This document shows, piece after piece, positions 12,857-25,341 of a stretch of 64,000 bases of DNA. Source of the DNA: Squalus acanthias (lineage: Eukaryota). The stretch covers positions 8,744,001 to 8,808,000 of the forward strand of contig CM059433.1 of NCBI GenBank assembly GCA_030390025.1, read 5' to 3'. The notes beneath the pieces are model-generated. The model was not told where the DNA came from, ran no database searches, and saw only the letters and a list, made by a program, of their open reading frames with translations. A program made the translations under genes and the position numbers. Position 1 is the stretch's first letter; every line of letters starts with the position of its first letter.

Positions 12857-13652
12857 TGCCAGATCATCAACACAGATACCATCATCACACGTGAGGACAC
12901 TACCCACCAGGTACATGGTACATACTCATGTGACTCGGCCAACATTGTCTACCTCATACGTTGCAGGAAAGAATGCACCGCGGCATGGTACATCGGCGAG
13001 ACCATGCAGACACTGAGACAACGTATGAACGGACACCGCGCAACAATCACCAGGCAGGAGTGTTCCCTCCCAGTCGGGGAACACTTCAGCAGTCAAGGAC
13101 ATTCAGCCTCGGATCTGCGGGTAAGCGTTCTCCAAGGCGGCCTTAGAAACACACGACAACGCAAAATCATCGAGCAGAAACTGATAGCCAAGTTCCGCAC
13201 TCATGAGGACGGTCTCAACCGGGATCTTGGGTTTATGTCACGATACATGACGTGATCCGGACTCGAGTCGTCGTTGGCTTGTTCACAGATGTGATTCCCA
13301 GTAAAAAAGTAAAAATTTTAAAGTTTATCGTTTTACATACTGACTGCAGCTTTTGACACGTTAGACTCCCTGTAACTCCACCTCATTGTCTCAGTTGTAT
13401 CTTGCTATGTCTTTGATGTGGTACCTTCCTGGCTGACCTGATTGCCTTTTGTCACACCTCGGCAGATAAACAGTCAGGATGATTAAATTTAGTCGTCTAC
13501 CATTGTAAGGTACACATGCATTGTTCTCTATTTATATATGCTTTGGCGATTCTGTATCTCTTTACTTCACTCGACGAAGGAGCAGCAGCTCCGAAAGCTT
13601 GTGATTTCAAATAAAACTGTTGGACTATAACCTGGTGTTGTGCGACTTCTCA
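12857..13652 (+). mobile_element. Penelope-like element family B with intact GIY-YIG endonuclease frame
   Basis: GTYSCDSANIVYLIRCRKECTAAWYIGETMQTLRQRMNGHR..PVGEHFSSQGH; 16-bp TSD ttccttattaaagaca at 12841-12856 and 13653-13668. Confidence 0.92.
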
Positions 13653-14175
13653 TTCCTTATTAAAGACAGATGCAAAGTACTCATTTAGTACCTCAGCCAT
13701 GCCCTCTGCCTCCATGCATAGGTCTCCTTTTTGGTCCCTAATCAGCCCCACCCCTTCTCTTACTACCCGTTTACTATTTATAGGCCTATAGAAGACTTTT
13801 GGATTCCCTTTTATGTTAGCTGCCAGTCTATTCTCATACCCTCTCTTTGCCCCTCTTAATTCCTTTTTCACTTCCCTCTGAACTTTCAATATTCAGCCTG
13901 TTTCTCACTTATATTCTTATCCTGACATCTGCCATAAGCCCCTTTTTCTGCTTCATCTTACTCTCTATCTCTTTTGTCATCCAGGGAGCTCTGGCTTTTG
14001 TTGCCCTACCTTTCCACCTCGTGAGAATGTACCTCAACTGTACCCGAACCATCTCCTCTTGAAAGGCAGCCCATTATTTAATTACAGTTTTGCCTGCCAA
14101 TCTTTGATTCCAATTTACCCGGGCCAGGTCCGTTCTCAACCCACTGAAATTGGCCCTCCTCCAATTAAGTATTTT

Positions 14176-15014
14176 GGGGGAAAAATTCGGTTGATTAGCG
14201 CCCGGGCGCGGCGATGTTTGCGCCACTCACAAAATTGACCAGACATTTTGCCGCGGCGCTAAACACTACTGCCACGATCTCCTGCGCCCACAGATCATGA
14301 CGTCAGTTGAGCGTGCAATGCCCCAGTAGCGCCCCGGAGCGGATATTGAGTGGCGCCCCCTGCCTTTCCACCTGCCGCTAGCAATGACAGGTAGAGGGGT
14401 GCATTTTGCAGTCAGGAAGGGACTGGGGGAGCGCTATTTAAAGACAGCCATTTCCTGCCTTTTTTTGTCAGCAACATTTTTGCACCACGCATTCTGAGAG
14501 AGAGAGAGACTTCTGGAGAGATTCAACGCTGTGTGAAGGAGTTTTGGGTACTGAGTAGCACTTTGCAGGTTCATTTTGATTTGACCTTCCTTGCATCGAT
14601 TTAGAAGCGACTGTGGGGGCTGCACTCTGAGCTCTTTCCCTGGGCCTCTCCATTGTTCTTTCCAGCAGATTTGATGTACAGGTCTCTCCAGGCCGAGATT
14701 CAAGGCTGCAATGAGCAGGGTGTGGCTGGAGAGCAAGATCAACCCACCCCTTTAAGAACTGGCCGGCGCCAGTGTGTCTGTGTTCCATTGCTGACTGACA
14801 TCACCTGAGCTTCACCAGCGCTCTGAGGTAGCGCCTCGCTCCTCGACGTTAGCACCTTAAGAGAGGTGTGTAGCATCTGATTTTGCGCTCAAATCACCTC
14901 CAGGGGCAATAGAGGCCAAGTTTGCAGTCGGAGGCGATAATTAGCGCCAGGCGCTAAACTTTGCACCCGGCCGATAATTGCGCCCCAAACGGGGCGATTT
15001 AGAATTTCTCCCCC
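14176..15014. mobile_element. Harbinger-type MITE, family H2, inserted in CR1
   Basis: TIR gggggaaaaattc/gaatttctccccc; TSD TTT; the host CR1 reads through once the element is removed. Confidence 0.8.
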
Positions 15015-15866
15015 TTTAACTCTAGATTGCTCCTTGTCCTTTTCCATAGCTAATCTAAACCTTATGCTACTATGATCACTGTTCCCTAAATGTTCCCCTA
15101 CTGACACTTGATCCACCTGACCCATCTCATTCCCCAGAACCAGATCCAGCAATGCCTCCTTCCTCGTTGGGCCGGAAACGTACTGATCAAGAAAGTTTTC
15201 CTGAACACACTTCAGAAATTCTTCTCCCTCTCTGCCCTTTTACACTATTATTATCCCAGTCTATATTAGGATAGTCGAAGTCCCCCATTATCACTACTCT
15301 ATAGTTCTTGCACCTCTCCGTAATCTCCCTGCAAATTTGCTCCTCTATATCCTTCCCACTAGTAAGTGGCCTCTCTGGTGTGTTCTGATTGAATATGTGT
15401 TCGAGTTGAGGTTAAGAGATACATCTTTGTCTGAGAGAAATTTTGAAAATATTTCAGTCTGACTTGATCCAGCTGAGTTGTTCATCTAAATGAGTAGGAA
15501 TGTGATAGATGAACCGGAGAGACTCCGCGGAAGGTTGGGAGTGAACTGTCATGTAAGGTCAATATTCAGGGCCCTGTGTCAGGCGTAGTTCACATTGAAG
15601 TTTAGCACAGTGGCTCAACTTTACGCTATTTTCTAACTTCCAAGAAAGGATAGTTAAGTGAACAGTAGCATTGTTACACAGAAAATCTACTGTGTTCCAT
15701 TGCAACTGCCCCCTTATCCATTTTCTGTTTTAAAAAAATCTGTTTGCTGGTTCATAACCTAACCACAGTGGGAGTGTTTATTCTACCACCTTCCAAAGTC
15801 AAGGAAGATTGCAGGAGGGCATGCAATATAGCCAGTAAACCAAAATAAATTAATGTGGGATTTCTG

Positions 15867-16048
15867 AAATAAAAACAGAAAATGCTGGAAATACTCAGCA
15901 GGTATTCAGCAGAAGTTCTGACGAAGGGTCATCGACCTGAAACGTTAACTCTGTTTCTCTCTCCACAGATGCTGCCTGACCTGCTGAGTGTTTCCAGCAT
16001 TTTCTGTTTTTATTTCAGATTTCCAGCATCCGCAGTATTTTGCTTTTG
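15867..16048. mobile_element. PLE family A short fold-back with hammerhead motif (15914-15950, +)
   Basis: 16-bp duplication taatgtgggatttctg at 15851-15866 and 16049-16064; motif agtt-CTGACGA..GAAACGTT-aact. Confidence 0.8.
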
Positions 16049-16131
16049 TAATGTGGGATTTCTGTTCGGCCTCTGAGCTTCTGAAAATTCCAACAGGTAT
16101 TGGACGAGTAAAGCCACCCTCCGGTTTGTAC

Positions 16132-16535
16132 AAAATAACAACAGAAAACGCTGGAAAAACTCAGCAGGCCAGGCAACATCCGTGGAGAGAGAAACAGAGT
16201 TAACGTTTGAGGTCGAAACCCTTCATCAGAACTGAGAAAAGAGCAGGAAATGAAACATAAAAATGCAAGGGGGAGGCTGGGGGGAGGGGGGGCGGAACTA
16301 TGGTAAGTAGAGACATTAAGAGATGCTCAATGCAAGACAAGATGGTAATGGGACAGGTTAAGAAACAAAAGGTGAAGCCTGAAATGCTGGCAGAATGAGA
16401 GACAGCTGCCGTAGGGGGAGAGAGAGAAAAAAAAAAGGAAAAAGGCACGAACCAAAAGGGTGGATAAAATGTATACATATGTGGTAGGGGCCGAGGTTAT
16501 GATCTGAAATTGTTGAACTCGATATTGAGTCCGGG
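16132..16535 (-). mobile_element. PLE family A 3' fragment
   Basis: Similar to 1510-1925; hammerhead core carries GAAA>CAAA. Confidence 0.75.
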
Positions 16536-16857
16536 AGGCTCCGGTTTGTACAGATTGGGGACTTCTTATGAGATGCTGAACCCCAAGGAAAGTATCTCGA
16601 GGAAAAGCCGAAAAATGGAACGGGCACTTCTGACACTGCAGCACTCCCTCAGTACCAGCACAGGAGCGTCACCCGGGATTATGTGCTCAAATCTCTGGAG
16701 TGGAGCTAGAAGCTGCGATCTTCTCCCTGAGATAAGAGCTCTACTAACTGAACCTCGCTAGCACCAAGTGGATGGAGGTGGCTGCTGTACCCCACCCAGT
16801 CTCAGTCAGCCTGGAATTCAATGGCTGGCCTGCAAGGACTGATTTTTTTTAAATATT

Positions 16858-17623
16858 GGGCCAAAAATTCGGCACTTGCCGGGTGAGTACGCGCTGTGTA
16901 CTCACCCGTAAGGCCTCCTGAAGTGCCGGTTACCTGCATGCACTGCGCACGCGCGGGAAACCGGAACTTCCGGTCTCGTGAAGGGAGGGGTTCAGAGGTG
17001 AACCACGTGTGCGGTAGAGGCTGCGCGCACGCAGCGAACTTAGGTTTTTTTTCAGGTTTCTCCGGGAAGGTAAGTATGGAAGAAGCTGCGCTTTTAAAAA
17101 GGAGGCGCAGGACCCGTTTTCAACAAGGTAAGTGGTTAATTAATTACAATTTAAAACATTTTTCAACAGATTTATCTTTTTTAGATACTTTAAAGAAAGG
17201 TAAGTTTATTTTTAGCACTGTTAAAAAGTATTTTAATTTTTTCAAAAATTTAAATTTTTGTTTAAAGTAGTTAATTTATTTAACTTATAGTTATTTTAAA
17301 AATGTGATGGTTTTTTTTTAAATTTATTTGAAGTTTAGGTGTTGTTTTGGGGCCGATTTCAATTCATAGATTTGACAGGTCTTCCTGTCAAATCTATGAA
17401 TGAAAGATGGTCTGCTGCCATTGGCTCTCCATGGCCCACGTGATCCCAGGGGACGCATCGCACTAATTATGCCCCTGGGACACGCAAGCACTGCGCGCCG
17501 GCAGTTGGGGGAGGCCCAGGAGCTGAAGTCCCCGTGGGCCCAGAGGTCAACAGCAGGCGCGGTAGATAGGTGCGCGCGGGATCCTTGCACCCGCGGGAAG
17601 CCAGGGAGCCGAATTTCTGGGCC
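16858..17623 (+). mobile_element. Harbinger-type MITE, family H1
   Basis: Reverse-complement copy of 4055-4804; TIR gggccaaaaattcggc/gccgaatttctgggcc; hairpin at 17362-17401. Confidence 0.85.
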
Positions 17624-18395
17624 AATATTATAAAGGTGCCATTGGAGTAGCATGAATTGATTGCGGAACCAGTGAATGTATTAACGATATTGATGTTTCT
17701 GCTGCCCAGTACCAGGTGAGATGTGACTTTCAGCCTCTTGGGTAAGGCTTTCAACTTTTGGTTGTTTAGTCTGGTAAAGGTGCAGCTAAGAACCATGAAT
17801 AGTGCTGCGAAGAACTTGATCGCACTGCCTTCTATGTTGGACCAGTTCTTAATGCGAACCACGCCTTTTCAGCTTCTCGTCCGGCTGTCACTGGGTTTTT
17901 TTAGCATAACAAAATGGAAATAATCACCCGAAATGATTTTCAAAGCTGTACTTCAAATGATCATCATGTTTCTGCAGATTTGATACAACTGAGTAAGGTT
18001 TCCCGTGGAACGTTGCACCAGGACAACCTCCTGAGGTAAACTCCACAGTAACAAAGAAGCTATTTGTGCATAAGCGGAGAAAATGGGAAGAAACCAGGCC
18101 TGATATTCTACGAGGTGCTAAGAGGTTCCAGGTTTATATGCAGTCAAGAGCGCATGCTGCAACTAGTGGAAGAGTGACATCACTGTATTGTCATTCAAAA
18201 AATTGAATCTATTTTTTTTGATGATTCCTTCCCCCAACCCGCCATGGTCTTTTCTGTCCAAGTAAACACAGTAATCTGCCCTCTTCTTTCTTGCATTTGT
18301 TACTGGTGCAGCCAGGTGCTGTCGATTTGTGGCCTTATTGGTGGAATTGACCCTGTGATACGCAAGCCTAGGTGTAAGCTTTTTATAGAGTCGTA

Positions 18396-19220
18396 GGGCT
18401 GGATTTTGCCAATGGGGAGCCTTTGGAGGCGGGACTCCCACTTGTTGGGTTTCAGTCCCGCCTCCATCAACTTCTGGCCAACCCACGCTATTTTCCCTTG
18501 ATTGACCTTGTTAAGCTCACCCAGCGGGTTTAGTAGGCCAATTAAGGGAAAGCTGGTGACAGAGAACCTCAACGTATGACGTTTCATCTGTCAAAATTTT
18601 TTGACAGATGAATTGTCATCGTTTGACAGCTCTGTGAAGCTGTCAAAAACTGACATTCTCTGTAGTTTGATGAGTTCTTGAATTCATGACTCATCAAACC
18701 TCTTTCTTTTGCAGAAATTAGATGGTTGTTGCATTGGAGAATGCAGCGGCCATCTGTCATCTCTGCCGCGGAGGTGCGAGACTCTCCGCATCCCCACCGA
18801 CTGATGCCTGCAGGAAGAAACAAAGGTAAGTAAACTTTTTCTAAGACTTTCCACTTACCTCACATACCCACCTCTCCACACTTGCACCCATCACTTACCT
18901 TCACACCGCACTTTTCCACCCCTCCGACCCCCGCAGACCCACTACTCGCCTCGGTGACCCTGGAGGGTTTCGGAGCCTTCGGGAAGCCCGCACTTGTGTG
19001 GGCAAAATGGGGATAATCCTCTTATCTGCCTGTTAACTACCTGTTAACAGACAGTTAAGTGGCTGTAATCCCTTCCCGCATCCAAGGAGCCGGGACCCGG
19101 CGCAGGACGGCTACCTGCCTCCTGGCAAGATGGCATGGAGGCGGGTTGGGCACCTGCCCCCAAAATCCTGCCATTTTCCCGGCAGTCCCGCCTCCCCCCA
19201 GGGCTGGCAAAATCCAGCCC
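18396..19220 (+). mobile_element. Harbinger-type MITE, family H3
   Basis: 15-bp TIR gggctggattttgcc/ggcaaaatccagccc; collinear paralogue at 30128-30984. Confidence 0.85.
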
Positions 19221-19221
19221 A

Positions 19222-19490
19222 CAGAGTCATAACGGCACAGAAGGAGGCCATTCGGCCCATCGAGTCCGCGCCGGCTCTCTCTGGAGCAATCCAGTCAGTC
19301 CCACTCACCCGCTCTATCCCCTTAGCCCTGCAAGTTTATTTCCCTCAAGTGCCGATCCAGTCTCCCCTTGAAAACATTGAGTGTCTCCACTTCCACCACT
19401 TCCGTCGGTAGCGAGTTCCAGGTCATCACCACTCGCTGCGTAAAAAAGTTTTACCTCACGTCCCCCCCTTGTATCTCTTGCCCTTTTGTT
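19222..19490 (-). mobile_element. CR1 3' end (agagtcat tail subfamily)
   Basis: cacagaaggaggccattcggcccatcgagtcc.. also found at 31765-31908. Confidence 0.7.
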
Positions 19491-20724
19491 TGACAAGCAG
19501 TCGCAACCTATTACACATCACGGAAACCCCCCTCCCTCCTCGCCCCGGTATCTGATTAATAAGGAAAGTACTTTGTGGTTGTCAGCTCTTCATGGTAGTA
19601 TCAAATTTTTACTTATTTTACAAAAAAACTGTATTAATTCTAATAGGTTGAGGTGACATCTCGGTGCTCAAAGTCGAGGTATGTGCATATCCTGCTGGCA
19701 CACAGGATGTGGGCATGATTTCAGCATGATTTCAGCTGTTTTTTTTGGCTAAGCCTGTTGCATCTTCCTGGAACTGCGTCCACACGAGGAGAAGGCAGTG
19801 GGGGTGTGCCATCCTGTCTGGATTATGTGGGATGACGTCAGCAGCAGATGCTACTGCACATGTAATTCAAAACAGGGCAGCGCTTGGTGTCAGCTGAATG
19901 CAGATTGTCGATGTGAAGCCGTTGCTGAAACATGTCATTCAAGCCGCCGTTTCTGGAGCAGCGCTGCCTTTTGTGCACATTCTAAATAGGCCGTGTTTAA
20001 AACGGGAACAGAAAAATCCAAGCAGTACAATTTGCTCTCTTACATAAACTCAATCTTTGGAAATATAGAAGGCACACGATTTTTTATTTTTTTTAAATTG
20101 TGGTACAGTTTTAGAATAAGCAGCTGGACATTTTCATTTTCCAGAAAGTGCGTTTTAGAATTTTAAAGAAAAACTTTGTTGCTTTTTTTTTTCCTCCATT
20201 GATGGTCTTCAACTTTTTTAAACCTTTGTAACTCTGTCGGGAATATTTAGAGTTTAGAACTGTCCACAAATTGTTTTATCAGCCGCTGAACCTGCTGTCC
20301 AAACGGCTGCGAGGAACGTGCATGTTCTGTAACCAAGAGATGTGGGCACTTTATGAGGCATCTACCTCTGCAACTTGTACTCCCCTCTTGGCAGATTTCT
20401 TGCTGCTGGGATACGTTCTTAATTTCTTTGTTTCTGTTTTGAACATTATTTGCCCCGATTGTCCCTTTGGTAGTTCAGTCATCTTTTTTAATAAGCTTTG
20501 AGCGCAACAAGGCAACTTGCGTCCCATTCTGACCTGTTCTGCCTTCTCCTGGTAGCTGGGATTGAGGTGAGCAGCCCACAACTGCACCGTTTGCGTCACC
20601 GTGCTGCGATTCATGTTGAATAACTTTTTGCAAACATCCTGCGGTGCTTTGAGAACGATGAATTTGTGTCTTTCTGTCGCCCGTCTGCTGCACAAGTGCA
20701 AATGGCAAACACAGTCAACTCCTT

Positions 20725-21169
20725 AATAAAAACAGAAAATGCTGGAAATACTCAGCAAGGTCAGGCAGCTTCTGTGGAGAGAGAAACAGAGTTAACCTTT
20801 CAGGTCGATGACCCTTCGTCAGAACTGGAAAAAGTTGGAGATGGAACAGGTTTTTAAGCAAGTGCAGGGGCAGGGAAAGGGGGGAGGGGAGGAAAAAACA
20901 AAAGGGAAGGTCTGTGATAGGATGGAGGCAGAAGAGATTAAGAGACAAAAGGGATGATGATGCAAGGCAAAAGGAGATGATAATGGGACAAGTTAAGAAA
21001 CAAAGGATGGCTCTAGATGAAGTGTAAATGGCACTGACGAAGGGTCATCGACCTGAAACGTTGACTCTGTTTCTCTCTCCACAGATGCTGCCTGACCTGC
21101 TGAGCATTTCCAGCATTTTCTGTTTTTATTTCAGATTTCCAGCATCCGCAGTATTTTGCTTTTGTATTG
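20725..21169. mobile_element. PLE family A fold-back (inverted pLTRs)
   Basis: Minus arm 20725-21030 and plus arm 21034-21169; 13-bp TSD cagtcaactcctt at 20712-20724 and 21170-21182. Confidence 0.85.
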
Positions 21170-21540
21170 CAGTCAACTCCTTGTTGGATGAAAGTTATCA
21201 ACAGTTCAAAATAAAAAAGTGCTTTTGTCAGGAACTAACATTGCACTGACTAAAAAAATATGGTATGTAGAGAGGATATCATGTGAACCAATAAAGAGAT
21301 TCAGATGATACCACACGCAGCAAGAGAAGAACTTGAGTGGTTTGCACTTGCCATTTGAATCTTGAGTTTGAATTATAAAAGTAAAAGGAGAGGTATTCCT
21401 CAATTTGTTGTGTTGACTAATAGTGTAATATGAACATTTCTGTTAAAGCAATATTCTAATTAACATCTGCTTTAACATCTCAAAATTTATTTTCAGCACC
21501 GACTACTAAGTTTGGATTACAGGCGCTCCAGACCCAGCCT

Positions 21541-22370
21541 AACAGCAACAACTAGCATTTATATAGCGTCTTTAACATAGTAAAACAGGAGCGTTACTTG
21601 ACAAAGCTTGACGCTGGGCCACCTAAAGAGATACAGGAAACTCTCGTTTAAACGGCACCTAAATATCCGGAATTCTCTAATAACCGGCAAAATTCATACT
21701 CCGAAAACAACACCTCAATAACCGGAAATGTTGCCGAGTCCGAGTCCGAGTCTCCCGCGAGTGGCCGAGTTAGTCAGTGGGTGTAGTTCTCCAAACTGCC
21801 ACTACTCAGCTTCTTGGTGCTGTCGGAAGTCCGAACCCCTCAATAACAGGAGTCTGACTCTCCCGCGCTACCGGTAGTCTCTTTAACACAACATTCTGTA
21901 GGGGAGTACCCAGTTACTGTAGACTGCACATTTCTTGATTTTTTTAATTTTTTGTTCGTTAAAAATAGCCTCGGTAGATAACCCTCTCCGTCATCCGGAA
22001 TTTTTAATCAACCGGCACCACCCCGGTCCCTGTCGGTGCCGGATACCAAAGAGTTTCCTGTATTAGGGCAGGTGACCAAAAGCTTAGTCAAAGAGGTAGG
22101 TTTTAAGGCGCGTCTCAAAGGCGGAGAGAGAGGTAGAGAGGCGGAGAGGTTTAGGCAGGGAATTCAAGAGCGTAGGGCCCAGGCAACAGAAGGCACGGCC
22201 GCCAGTAGTGGGGCATTAGAAATCGAGGAAGGAGAAAATGGCACAATTGGAGAAACGCAAATTGGAGATCTCAAAGGGTTGTAGGGCTGGTGGAGGTTAC
22301 ATAGATAAGGTGGGGGGCAAGGCCATGGAGGGATTTGAAAATTAGGATGAGAATTCTAAGTTCGAGGCAA
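21541..22370 (-). mobile_element. L2-like LINE 3' fragment (host of a pogo-like MITE)
   Basis: (caa)n tail with gcatttatatagcg, shared with the DeuSINE tail; ccatggagggatttgaaa..ggatgagaatt L2-type C-terminal sequence. Confidence 0.6.
21634..22060. mobile_element. Tc1/mariner (pogo/Tigger-like) MITE
   Basis: TA|caggaaactct ... agagtttcctg|TA; second copy at 40085-40439. Confidence 0.85.
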
Positions 22371-22453
22371 ATACAATTAAAAATAATGAGGCCTATCTCC
22401 TACAGAGCAGGTACAAGACTTTCAGGACTTCTGTCCAGCCTAGATCTCGCTAG

Positions 22454-22581
22454 ACTTCACCTGACGAAGGTGCAGCGCTCCGAAAGCTTGTGATTTCAAA
22501 TAAAACTGTTGGACTATAACCTGGTGTTGTGCGAGTTCTCACATTTGTCCACCCCAGTCCAACACCGGCATCTCCACATCA
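22454..22581 (+). mobile_element. 128-bp PLE family B insertion consisting of a hammerhead motif (22457-22493) plus 3' tail
   Basis: 13-bp TSD tagatctcgctag at 22441-22453 and 22582-22594; tcac-CTGACGA-a-ggtgc(agc)gctcc-GAAA-GC-T-T-gtga. Confidence 0.85.
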
Positions 22582-23439
22582 TAGATCTCGCTAGGTGGTG
22601 GAAGCTCGTCAACTAAATTAACTAACAGCAGGAATCGGTCATTTAAAACTTGCGCTTGCAGTAAAGATAAGTGGTCACATCCAACCTAAATTAGTCAAAA
22701 TGGGCTGGATATTTTTTAAAAATTAAATGACTAAGGTCTCCAACTCCAATCAGGTCACAGAGCTGCCCCACTAAGCACGAGCCTCGAAGCACTTCCAGAG
22801 GGATCTCTGTCTATATTTACGGTTCAGGGCATTGTCGAGGGTTGCTTCTTCTGGCTGGAGATTGGGAGTGGTGGCAATTCTCCCAATCGACATGAACTGC
22901 CCGCAAGGAGAATTGAGCCTTTTGAGCGCACAGCAGACATGGAGTGGCTTTTTACAGCTTAGTGTTACTGGAGCAAAGTCCACCAGGCACACGAAGGTGC
23001 GTTCTACCCTTCGGAGCAATGAGTACAATGTAGCCGGATTTAAAACCTCAAATACCATTAAAGCGCCTTAGTCATTTTAAATTCAGTAGTATCGATGCTA
23101 TGATATGACAGTTATCAGATAAGACTTTCTAGCATTTGCAGTGTCTGTATTTTCATTACTGTTGTGGTGTTCCACTGATCATGCAGTCAGTGGATGGTGT
23201 GATGTATTCACTATCACGTGTATAGATTACATTGAACTAAGTTCCTCTGAACCGTAAGTATAACTTCTACACCACAGTAACGATGTTCAAACTAAACGAC
23301 TGGTGGGGTGAGTTAGCCTCTTTTGGCCCCATTGCAACGTATGCCTGTATGATGCATGCTAGGATGAGTTCCTGACAGTAGTGGGACCCACGAAGAATGT
23401 TCAATAATGGCAGCGGTGATCTGGTATGTTATGGATGAG

Positions 23440-23865
23440 GAAATGGCTCTTTGAATTGGGACGGGAAGAGAGTGGCTCCGTGAACTGGGGGCTGCTGGAG
23501 AAGGAGAGTCTACCCTCAACAGGGGGGTTGGAGGGACGAGTGTTTCCATGAACTGGGGGATTAGAAGGGAACGGCGGCTCTTGTGAACTCTGGAGTTAAA
23601 GGAAAAAGAGAGTACCTCTAGGAACTCGGAGAGTTGAAGGGAAAGAACGTCTCAGTGAACTGGGGGAGAGCTGGAGGGTAAGAGTGTATCTGAATTGGGG
23701 GGTTGAGGGGTAGATTGTCACTGTGAACCAGGTGACTGGAAGGGAACGGTACCTCTGTGAACTGAGAGTGAGGCAAAGGGCAGAAAGTACATCTATGAAC
23801 CTCAGAGGAGTTGGAAGGGGAGAATGTAGGCGAATTGGGGGTGGGGTTGGAAGGAGAGACTCTCA
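23440..23865. repeat. Degenerate purine-rich minisatellite, unit about 31-35 bp
   Basis: Recurrent ctctgtgaactgggggagttggaaggg-like unit, roughly a dozen copies. Confidence 0.65.
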
Positions 23866-23958
23866 GGGCTGAATTTTGCCGGCGCTCAGATGGCAGGTTC
23901 AGAGGCGGGTCAGCTGCCAAAATAGCAAAGATTGACAGCGGGTAGGGAACCCGCTGTC

Positions 23959-25339
23959 AACATAAGAAATAGAGCAGGAGTCGGCCATTTGGCCCCTCGA
24001 GCCTGCTCCGCCATTCAATAAGATCATGGCTGATCTTCTACCTCATCTCCACTTTCCTGCACTATCCCCGTATCCCTTGATTCCCTTAATATTCAAAAAT
24101 CTATCGATCTCTGTCTTGAATATACTCAACGACTGAGCCTCCACAGCCCTCTGGGGTAGAGAATTCCAAAGATTCACCACCCTCTGAGTGAAGAAATTTC
24201 TCCTGATCTCAGTCCTAAATGGCCGACCCTTTATTCTGAGACTGTGACCCCTGGTTCTACACACCCCAGCCAGGGGAAACATCCTCCCTGCATCTACCCT
24301 GTCAAGCCCTGTAAGAATTTTGTATGTTTCAATGAGATCACCTCTCATTCTTCTAAACTCAAGAGAATATAGGCCTAGTCTACTCAATCTGTCCTCATAG
24401 GACAATCCCCCACATCCCAGGAATCAGTCTGGTGAACCTTCATTGCACTCCCTCTATGGCAAGTATATCCTTCCTTAGGTAAGGAGACCAAAACTGTACA
24501 CAATACTCCAGGTGCAGTCTCACCAGGGCCCTATATAATTGCAGTAAGATGTCTTTACTCTTATACTCAAATCCTCTTGTAATAAAGGCCAACATACCAT
24601 TTGCTTTCCTAATTGCTTGCTGAACCTGCATGTTAACTTTCCTGACATCAGTAGTAGGGAAAATGCTAGAATCTATTATTAAGGACGTGGTAACAGGGCA
24701 CTTAGAAAATAATAATAGGATTGGGCAGAGCCAACACGGATTTATGAAAGGGAAATCGTGTTTGACAAATATGTTGGAATTTTTTGAGGTTGTAGCTAGC
24801 AGAATAGATAAGGGGGAAACCAATTGATGTGGTGTATTTGGATTTTTAGAAGGCATTCGATAAGGTGCCACACAAGAGGTTATTAAACAAAATTAGGGCT
24901 CATGGGTTTGGGGGTAATATACGAGCATGGATTGAGGATTGGTTAGCGGACAGAAAACAGAGAGTAGGAATAAACGGGTCATTTTCAGGTTGGCAGGCTG
25001 TAACTAGTGGAGTACTGCAAGGATCAGTGCTTGGGCCTCAGCTATTCAAAATCTACATCAATGATTTGGATGAGGGGAACCAAATGTAATATATCCAAGT
25101 TTGCTGATGATACAAAGCTGGGTGGCAATGTAAGTTGTGAGGAGGATGCAAGGAGGCTTCAAGGGGATATAGACAGGCTAAGTGAGTGGGCAAGAACATG
25201 GCAAATGGAATATAATGTGGAGAAATGTGAAGTTATCCACCTTGGTAGGAAAAATAGAAAAGCAGAGTATTTTTAAATGGTGAGAGTTTGGGAAATGTTG
25301 GTGTTCAGAGGGACCTGGGTGTCCTTGTACACGAATCAC
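23959..25339 (-). mobile_element. CR1 LINE with 5' inversion (minus 23959-24640, plus 24641-25339)
   Basis: The plus segment (LTSVVGK..GVLVHES) is the part of the element immediately upstream of the minus segment (KVNMQVQQAIRKANG..tail). Confidence 0.85.
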
Positions 25340-25341
25340 GT

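Larger units (their letters stand above)
10405..15372 (-). mobile_element. Long CR1 LINE (APE end, RT, 3' tail) carrying nested PLE and MITE insertions
   Basis: ORFs KSPGPDGMHPRML..WRIANVTPLFKKG..NYRPVSLT and VYMDFQKTFDKVPH..SGVSQGLVLGPLLFLIYINDL..KFTDDTK; (atagaatc)n tail at the left end. Confidence 0.92.

Noticed and set aside
12554..13255. 233-aa ORF as a cellular GIY-YIG gene
   Set aside because: The N-terminal half is antisense CR1; the GIY-YIG half is a TSD-flanked PLE insertion.
17978..18035. Possible exon (tttctgcag|..LIQLSKVSRGTLHQDNLL..|gtaaac), phase 1 to 2
   Set aside because: Weak donor, unrecognised peptide, and its end phase is not compatible with the 61259 candidate. It cannot be excluded without RNA data.
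20555..20565. Possible 11-nt microexon (ctgac..ttctcctggtag|ctgggattgag|gtgagc)
   Set aside because: Signals are plausible but too short to distinguish from chance.
23440..23865. CRISPR-like periodic array
   Set aside because: Units are degenerate over their whole length with no unique spacers, and the context is eukaryotic; this is a minisatellite.
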